In this document: positions 53,220 through 62,119 of the stretch, in pieces
Layout of the letters: each line of letters starts with the position of its first letter
How positions within the stretch are numbered: position 1 is the first letter of the stretch
Assembly (NCBI GenBank): GCA_964016885.1
Contig: OZ024751.1
Location: 1,736,001 to 1,800,000, forward strand
From: Eledone cirrhosa
Lineage: Eukaryota
Reading direction: 5' to 3'
Length of the DNA stretch: 64,000 bases
Notes under the pieces: generated by a model
Told to the model about the DNA's origin: nothing
The model's input: the letters and a program-made list of their open reading frames with translations, nothing else
Database searches by the model: none
Made by a program: the position numbers and the translations under genes

Positions 53220-55415
53220 TGTTACTGTTGTTGGTGTTGTTTGTGTTATTGTTGTTGGTGTTGTTGGTGTTACTGTTGTTGGTGTTATTGGTGTTACTGT
53301 TGTTGGTGTTGTTGGTGTTACTGTTGTTGGTGTTGTTAGTGTTACCGTTGTTGGTGTTGTTAGTGTTACTGTTGTTGGTGTTGTTGGTGTTACTGTTGTT
53401 GGTGTTGTTGGTGTTACTGTTGTTGGTGTTGTTAGTGTTACTGTTATTGGTGTTGTTAGTGTTACTGTTGTTGTTGTTGTTGGTGTTACTGTTGTTGGTG
53501 TTGTTGGTGTTACTGTTGTTGGTGTTATTAGTGTTACTGTTGTTGGTGTTGTTTGTGTTACTGTTGTTGGTGTTGTTGGTGTTACTGTTGTTGGTGTTAT
53601 TGGTGTTACTGATGTTGGTGTTGTTGGTGTTACTGTTGTTGGTGTTGTTGGTGTTACTGTTGTTGGTGTTGTTAGTATTAATGTTGTTGGTGTCGTTGGT
53701 GTTACTGTTGTTGGTGTTGGTGGTGTTACTGTTGTTGGTGTTGTTGGAGTTACTGTTGTTGTTGTTGTTGGTGTTACTGTTGTTGGTGTTATTGGTGTTA
53801 CTGTTGTTGGTGTTGTTGGTGTTACTGTTGTTGGTGTTGTTAGTATTAATGTTGTTGGTGTCGTTGGTGTTACTGTTGTTGGTGTTGGTGGTGTTACTGT
53901 TGTTGGTGTTGTTGGTGTTACTGTTGTTGGTGTTGTTCGTGTTACTGTTGTTGGTGTTGGTGTTGCTGTTGTTGGTGTTGTCAGTGTTACTGTTGTTGGT
54001 GTTGTTAGTGTTACTGTTGTTGGTGTTGTTATTGTTACTGTTGTTGGTGTTATTAGTGTTACTGTTGTTGGTGTTGTTAGTGTTACTGTTGTTGGTGTTG
54101 TTGGTGTTACTGTTGTTGGTGTTGTTGGTGTTACTGTTGTTGGTGTTGTTAGTGTTACTGTTGTTGGTGTTGTTAGTGTTACTGTTGTTGGTTTTGTTGG
54201 TGTTACTGTTGTTGGTGTTGTCAGTGTTACTGTTGTTGGTGTTGTTAGTGTTACTGTTGTTGGTGTTGTTATTGTTACTGTTGTTGGTGTTGCTGGTGTT
54301 ACTGTTGTTGGTGTTGTTGGTGTTACTGTTGTTGGTGTTGTTTGTGTTATTGTTGTTGGTGTTGTTGGTGTTACTGTTGTTGGTGTTATTGGTGTTACTG
54401 TTGTTGGTGTTGTTGGTGTTACTGTTGTTGGTGTTGTTAGTGTTACTGTTGTTGGTGTTGTTAGTGTTACTGTTGTTGGTGTTGTTGGTGTTACTGTTGT
54501 TGGTGTTGTTGGTGTTACTGTTGTTGGTGTTGTTAGTGTTACTGTTGTTGGTGTTGTTAGTGTTACTGTTGTTGTTGTTGTTGGTGTTACTGTTGTTGGT
54601 GTTGTTGGTGTTACTGTTGTTGGTGTTATTAGTGTTACTGTTGTTGGTGTTGTTTGTGTTACTGTTGTTGGTGTTGTTGGTGTTACTGTTGTTGGTGTTA
54701 TTGGTGTTACTGATGTTGGTGTTGTTGGTGTTACTGTTGTTGGTGTTGTTGGTGTTACTGTTGTTGGTGTTGTTAGTATTAATGTTGTTGGTGTCGTTGG
54801 TGTTACTGTTGTTGGTGTTGGTGGTGTTACTGTTGTTGGTGTTGTTGGAGTTACTGTTGTTGTTGTTGTTGGTGTTACTGTTGTTGGTGTTATTGGTGTT
54901 ACTGTTGTTGGTGTTGTTAGTGTTACTGTTGTTGGTGTTGTTAGTATTAATGTTGTTGGTGTCGTTGGTGTTACTGTTGTTGGTGTTGGTGGTGTTACTG
55001 TTGTTGGTGTTGTTGGTGTTACTGTTGTTGGTGTTGTTCGTGTTACTGTTGTTGGTGTTGGTGTTGCTGTTGTTGGTGTTGTCAGTGTTACTGTTGTTGG
55101 TGTTGTTAGTGTTACTGTTGTTGGTGTTGTTATTGTTACTGTTGTTGGTGTTATTAGTGTTACTGTTGTTGGTGTTGTTAGTGTTACTGTTGTTGGTGTT
55201 GTTGGTGTTACTGTTGTTGGTGTTGTTGGTGTTACTGTTGTTGGTGTTGTTAGTGTTACTGTTGTTGGTGTTGTTAGTGTTACTGTTGTTGGTTTTGTTG
55301 GTGTTACTGTTGTTGGTGTTGTCAGTGTTACTGTTGTTGGTGTTGTTAGTGTTACTGTTGTTGGTGTTGTTATTGTTACTGTTGTTGGTGTTGCTGGTGT
55401 TACTGTTGTTGGTGT
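53220..55415. repeat. 1,101-bp tandem duplication
   Basis: TGTGTTATT at 53242/54343, GCT at 53965/55066, TCAGT at 53981/55082. Confidence 0.85.
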
Positions 55416-58400
55416 TATTGGTGTTACTGTTGTTGGTGTTGTTGTTGTTACTGTTGTTGGTGTTGTTGGTGTTACTGTTGTTGGTGTTATTAGTGTTATT
55501 GTTGTTGGTGTTGTTAGTGTTACTGTTGATGGTGTTGTTGGTGTTACTGTTGTTGGTGTTGTTGGTGTTTCTGTTGTTGGTGTTGTTAGTGTTACTGTTG
55601 TTGGTGTTGTTAGTGTTACTGTTGTCGGTGTTGTTGGTGTTACTGTTGTTGGTGTTGTTGGTGTTACTTTTGTTGGTGTTGTTAGTGTTACTGTTGTTGG
55701 TGTTGTTAGTGTTACTGTTGTTGGTGTTGTTGGTGTTACTGTTGTTGGTGTTGTTGGTGTTACTGTTGTTGGTGTTATTAGTGTTAATGTTGTTGGTGTT
55801 GTTTGTGTTACTGTTGTTGGTGTTGTTGGTGTTACTGTTGTTGGTGTTATTGGTGTTACTGTTGTTGGTGTTGTTTGTGTTACTGTTGTTGGTGTCGTTG
55901 GTGTTACTGTTGTTGGTGTTATTGGTGTTACTGTTGTTGGTGTCGTTGGTGTTACTGTTGTTGGTGTTGTTGGTGTTACTGTTGTTGGTGTTGTTGGTGT
56001 TACTGTTGTTGGTGTTGTTAGTGTTACTGTTGTTGGTGTTGTTAGTGTTACTGTTGTTGGTGTTGTTGGTGTTACTGTTGTTGGTGTTGTTGGTGTTACT
56101 GTTGTTGGTGTTATTTGTGTTACTGTTGTTGGTGTTGTTTGTGTTACTGTTGTTGGTGTTGTTGGTGTTAATGTTGTTGGTGTTATTGGTGTTACTGATG
56201 TTGGTGTTGTTGGTGTTACTGTTGCTGGTGTTGTTGGTGTTACTGTTGTTGGTGTTGTTAGTATTAATGTTGTTGGTGTCGTTGGTGTTACTGTTGTTGG
56301 TGTTGGTGGTGTTACTGTTGTTGGTGTTGTTGGAGTTACTGTTGTTGTTGTTGTTGGTGTTACTGTTGTTGGTGTTATTGGTGTTAGTGTTGTTGGTGTT
56401 GTTGGTGTTGTTTGTGTTACTGTTGTTGGTGTTGTTGGTGTTACTGTTATTGGTGTTGTTGGTGTTACTGTTGTTGGTGTTGTTGGTGTTACTGTTGTGG
56501 TGTTGTTAGTGTTACTGTTGTTGGTGTTGTTATTGTTACTGTTGTTGGTTTTGTTGGTGTTACTGTTGTTGGTGTTATTGGTGTTACTGTTGTTGGTGTT
56601 GTTGGTGTTACTGCTGTTGGTGTTGTTGGTGTTACTGTTGTTGGTGTTGTTAGTATTAATGTTGTTGGTGTCGTTGGTGTTACTGTTGTTGGTGTTGGTG
56701 GTGTTACTGTTGTTGGTGTTGTTGGTGTTACTGTTGTTGGTGTTGTTCGTGTTACTGTTGTTGGTGTTGGTGTTACTGTTGTTGGTGTTGTTAGTGTTAC
56801 TGTTGTTGGTGTTGGTGTTGGTGTTACTGTTGTTGGTGTTGTTGGTGTTACTGTTGTTGGTGTTGTTGGTGTTACTGTTGTGGTGTTGTTAGTGTTACTG
56901 TTGTTGGTGTTGTTAGTGTTACTGTTGTTGGTTTTGTTGGTGTTACTGTTGTTGGTGTTGTCAGTGTTACTGTTGTTGGTGTTGTTAGTGTTACTGTTGT
57001 TGGTGTTGTTGGTGTTACTGTTGTTGGTGTTGTTGATCTTACTGTTGTTGGTGATGTTGGTGTTACTGTTGTTGGTGTTGTTGGTTTTACTGTTGTTGGT
57101 GTTGTTGGTGTTACTGTTATTGGTGTTGTTGGTTTTGCTGTTGTTGGTGTTGTTGGTGTTACTGTTGTTGGTATTGTTGGTGTTACTGTTGTTGGTGTTG
57201 TTAGTATTACTGTTGTTGGTGTTGGTGGTGTTACTGTTGTTGGTGTTGTTGGTGTTACTGTTGTTGGTGTTGTTGGTGTTACTGTTGTTGGTATTGTTAG
57301 TGTTACTCTTCTTGGTGTTGTTGGTGTTACTGTTGTTGGTGTTGTTGGTGTTACTGTTGTTGGTGTTGGTGGTGTTACTGTTGTTGGTGTTGGTGGTGTT
57401 ACTGTTGTTGGTGTTGTTGGTGTTACTGTTGTTGGTGTTGTTGGTGTTACTGTTGTTGGTGTTGTTGGTGTTACTCTTGTTGGTGTTGTTAGTATTACTG
57501 TTGTTGGTATGGTTGGTGTTACTGTTGTTGGTGTTGTTGGTGTTACTGTTGTTGGTGTTGTTGGTGTTACTGTCGTTGGTGTTGTTAGTATTACTATTGT
57601 TGGTGTTGGTGGTGTTACTGTTGTTGGTGTTGTTGGTGTTACTGTTGTTGGTGTTGTTAGTATTACTGTTGTTGGTGTTGGTGCTGTTACTGTTGTTGGT
57701 GTTGTTGGTGTTACTGTTGTTGTTGTTGTTGGTGTTACTGTTGTTGGTGTTGTTAGTGTTACTGTTGTTGGTGTTGTTGGTGTTACTGTTGTTGTTGTTG
57801 GTGGTGTTACTGTTGTTGGTGTTGTTTGTGTTACTGTTGTTGGTGTTGTTTGTGTTACTGTTGTTGGTGTTGGTGGTGTTACTGTTGTTGGTGTTGTTGG
57901 TGTTACTGTTGTTGGTGTTGTTGGTGTTACTGTTCTTGGTGTTGTTGGTGTTACTGCTGTTGGTGGTGTTGGTGTTACTGTTGTTGGTGTTGTTAGTGTT
58001 TATGTTGTTGGTGTTGTTGGTGTTACTGTTGTTGGTGTTGTTGGTGTTACTGTTGTTGGTGTTGTTGGTGTTACTGTTGTTGGTGTTGTTGGTGTTACTG
58101 TTGTTGGTGTTATTGGTGTTACTGTTGTTGGTGTTGTTGGTGTTACTGTTGTTGGTGTTGTTAGTGTTACTGTTGTTGGTGTTGTTAGTGTTACTGTTGT
58201 TGGTGTTGTTGGTGTTACTGTTGTTGGTGTTGTTGGTGTTACTGTTGTTGGTGTTGTTCGTGTTACTGTTGTTGGTGTTGGTGTTACTGTTGTTGGTGTT
58301 GTTAGTGTTACTGTTGTTGGTGTTGGTGTTGGTGTTACTGTTGTTGGTGTTGTTGGTGTTACTGTTGTTGGTGTTGTTGGTGTTACTGTTGTGGTGTTGT

Positions 58401-58581
58401 TAGTGTTACTGTTGTTGGTGTTGTTAGTGTTACTGTTGTTGGTTTTGTTGGTGTTACTGTTGTTGGTGTTGTCAGTGTTACTGTTGTTGGTGTTGTTAGT
58501 GTTACTGTTGTTGGTGTTGTTGGTGTTACTGTTGTTGGTGTTGTTGATCTTACTGTTGTTGGTGATGTTGGTGTTACTGTT

Positions 58582-60700
58582 GTTGGTGTTGTTGGTTTTA
58601 CTGTTGTTGGTGTTGTTGGTGTTACTGTTGTTGGTGTTGTTGGTTTTGCTGTTGTTGGTGTTGTTGGTGTTACTGTTGTTGGTATTGTTGGTGTTACTGT
58701 TGTTGGTGTTGTTAGTATTACTGTTGTTGGTGTTGTTGGTGTTACTGTTGTTGGTGTTGTTGGTGTTACTGGTGTTGGTGTTGTTGGTGTTACTGTTGTT
58801 GGTGTTGTTAGTGTTACTGTTCTTGGTGTTGTTGGTGTTACTGTTGTTGGTGTTGTTGGTGTTACTGTTGTTGGTGTTGTTGGTGTTACTGTTGTTGGTG
58901 TTGGTGGTGTTACTGTTGTTGGTGTTGGTGGTGTTACTGTTGTTGGTGTTGTTGGCGTTACTGTTGTTGGTGTTGTTGGTGTTACTGTTGTTGGTGTTGT
59001 TGGTGTTACTGTTGTTGGTGTTGTTAGTATTACTGTTGTTGGTATGGTTGGTGTTACTGTTGTTTGTGTTGTTGGTGTTACTGTTGTTGGTGTTGTTGGT
59101 GTTACTGTTGTTGGTGTTGTTAGTATTACTATTGTTGGTGTTGGTGGTGTTACTGTTGTTGGTGTTGTTGGTGTTACTGTTGTTGGTGTTGTTAGTATTA
59201 CTGTTGTTGGTGTTGGTGTTGTTGGTGTTACTGTTGTTGGTGTTGGTGGTGTTACTGTTGTTGGTGTTGTTTGTGTTACTGTTGTTGGTGTTGTTTGTGT
59301 TACTGTTGTTGGTGTTGGTGGTGTTACTGTTGTTGGTGTTGTTGGTGTTACTGTTGTTGGTGTTGTTGGTGTTACTCTTCTTGGTGTTGTTGGTGTTACT
59401 GTTGTTGGTGGTGTTGGTGTTGTTAGTGTTAATGTTGTTGGTGTTGTTGGTGTTACTGTTGTTGGTGTTGTTGGTGTTACTGTTGTTGGTGTTGTTGGTG
59501 TTACTGTTGTTGGTGTTATTGGAGTTACTGTTGTTGGTGTTGTTGGTGTTAATGTTGTTGGTGTTGTTAGTGTTACTGTTGTTGGTGTTGTTAGTGTTAC
59601 TGTTGTTGGTTTTGTTGGTGTTACTGTTGTTGGTGTTGTTGGTGTTGTTGGTTTTACTGTTGTTGGTGTTGTTGGTGTTACTGTTGTTGGTGTTGTTGGT
59701 TTTGCTGTTGTTGGTGTTGTTGGTGTTACTGTTGTTGGTATTGTTGGTGTTACTGTTGTTGGTGTTGTTAGTATTACTGTTGTTGGTGTTGTTGGTGTTA
59801 CTGTTGTTGGTGTTGTTGGTGTTACTGGTGTTGGTGTTGTTGGTGTTACTGTTGTTGGTGTTGTTAGTGTTACTGTTCTTGGTGTTGTTGGTGTTACTGT
59901 TGTTGGTGTTGTTGGTGTTACTGTTGTTGGTGTTGTTGGTGTTACTGTTGTTGGTGTTGGTGGTGTTACTGTTGTTGGTGTTGGTGGTGTTACTGTTGTT
60001 GGTGTTGTTGGCGTTACTGTTGTTGGTGTTGTTGGTGTTACTGTTGTTGGTGTTGTTGGTGTTACTGTTGTTGGTGTTGTTAGTATTACTGTTGTTGGTA
60101 TGGTTGGTGTTACTGTTGTTTGTGTTGTTGGTGTTACTGTTGTTGGTGTTGTTGGTGTTACTGTTGTTGGTGTTGTTAGTATTACTATTGTTGGTGTTGG
60201 TGGTGTTACTGTTGTTGGTGTTGTTGGTGTTACTGTTGTTGGTGTTGTTAGTATTACTGTTGTTGGTGTTGGTGTTGTTGGTGTTACTGTTGTTGGTGTT
60301 GGTGGTGTTACTGTTGTTGGTGTTGTTTGTGTTACTGTTGTTGGTGTTGTTTGTGTTACTGTTGTTGGTGTTGGTGGTGTTACTGTTGTTGGTGTTGTTG
60401 GTGTTACTGTTGTTGGTGTTGTTGGTGTTACTCTTCTTGGTGTTGTTGGTGTTACTGTTGTTGGTGGTGTTGGTGTTGTTAGTGTTAATGTTGTTGGTGT
60501 TGTTGGTGTTACTGTTGTTGGTGTTGTTGGTGTTACTGTTGTTGGTGTTGTTGGTGTTACTGTTGTTGGTGTTATTGGAGTTACTGTTGTTGGTGTTGTT
60601 GGTGTTAATGTTGTTGGTGTTGTTAGTGTTACTGTTGTTGGTGTTGTTAGTGTTACTGTTGTTGGTTTTGTTGGTGTTACTGTTGTTGGTGTTGTTGGTG
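58582..60700. repeat. 1,056-bp tandem duplication
   Basis: TTTGCT at 58645/59701, ATG at 59044/60100, TTTGTT at 59611/60667. Confidence 0.88.
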
Positions 60701-62119
60701 TTACTGTTGTTGGTGTTGTTAGTGTTACTGTTGTTGGTGTTGTTAGTGTTACTGTTGTTGGTGTTGTTGGTGTTACTGTTGTTGGTGTTGTTGGTGTTAC
60801 TGTTGTTGGTGTTATTAGTGTTACTGTTGTTGGTGTTGTTTGTGTTACTGTTGTTGGTGTTATTGGTGTTACTGATGTTGGTGTTGTTGGTGTTACTGTT
60901 GGTGGTGTTGTTGGTGTTACTGTTGTTGGTGTCGTTGGTGTTACTGTTGTTGGTGTTGGTGGTGTTACTGTTGTTGGTGTTGTTGGTGTTACTGTTGTTG
61001 GTGTTGTTCGTGTTACTGTTGTTGGTGTTGGTGTTACTGTTGTTGGTGTTGTTAGTGTTACTGTTGTTGGTGTTGGTGTTGGTGTTACTGTTGTTGGTGT
61101 TGTTCATGTTACTGTTGTTGGTGTTGTTGGTGTTAATGTTGTGGTGTTGTTAGTGTTACTGTTGTTGGTGTTGTTAGTGTTACTGTTGTTGGTTTTGTTG
61201 GTGTTACTGTTGTTGGTGTTGTCAGTGTTACTGTTGTTGGTGTTGTCAGTGTTACTGTTGTTGGTGTTGTTGGTGTTACTGTTGTTGGTGTTGTTGGTCT
61301 TACTGTTGTTGGTGATGTTGGTGTTACTGTTGTTGGTGTTGTTGGTTTTACTGTTGTTGGTGTTGTTGGTGTTACTGTTGTTGGTGTTGGTGGTGTTACT
61401 GTTGTTGGTGTTGTTGGTGTTACTGTTGTTGGTGTTGTTGGTGTTACTGTTGTTGGTGTTGTTAGTGTTACTGTTGTTGGTGTTGTTGGTGTTACTGTTG
61501 TTGGTGTTGTTGGTGTTAATGTTGTTGGTGTTGTTGGTGTTACTGTTGTTGGTGTTGGTGGTGTTACTGTTGTTGGTGTTGGTGGTGTTACTGTTGTTGG
61601 TGTTGTTGGTGTTACTGTTGTTGGTGTTGTTGGTGTTACTGTTGTTGGTGTTGTTGGTGTTACTGTTGTTGGTGTTGTTAGTATTACTGTTGTTGGTATG
61701 GTTGGTGTTACTGTTGTTGGTGTTGTTGGTGTTACTGTTGTTGGTGTTGTTGGTGTTACTGTTGTTGGTGTTGTTGTTGTTACTGTTGTTGGTGTTGTTG
61801 GTGTTACTGTTGTTGGTATGGTTGGTGTTACTGTTGTTGGTGTTGTTGCTGTTACTGTTGTTGGTGTTGTTGGTGTTACTGTTGTTGGTGTTGTAAGTAT
61901 TACTATTGTTGGTGTTGGTGGTGTTACTGTTGTTGGTGTTGTTGGTGTTACTGTTGTTGGTGTTGTTAGTATTACTGTTGTTGGTGTTGGTGGTGTTACT
62001 GTTGTTGGTGTTGTTAGTGTTACTGTTGTTGGTGTTGCTGGTGTTACTGTTGTTGGTGTTGTTGGTGTTACTGTTGTTGGTGTTGTTGGTGTTACTGTTG
62101 TTGGTGTTGTTGGTGTTAC

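Noticed and set aside
2719-56021. Cys/Trp-rich short ORFs (CCWCYCCW) resembling metallothionein or keratin-associated proteins
   Set aside because: This is the third frame of the same monomer, terminated wherever the AGT variant creates TAG.
58000-61107. 1,035-aa Asn/Thr-rich minus-strand ORF with an ATG start
   Set aside because: The ATG comes from a single point variant (CAT at ~61105) inside the array. The ORF shifts frame at the ~58391 deletion and ends at another point variant.
154-61153. Programmed frameshifting or phase variation at the recurrent deletions
   Set aside because: No slippery heptamer with a stimulatory structure is apparent, and there is no gene context. Propagation by block duplication explains the recurrence.
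2-61896. Very long + strand Leu/Val-rich ORFs (up to 2,175 aa) resembling membrane proteins
   Set aside because: They are translations of a G/T triplet repeat that lacks stops. They overlap in multiple frames, mostly use TTG/GTG pseudo-starts, switch composition at frameshifts and contain no non-repeat domain.
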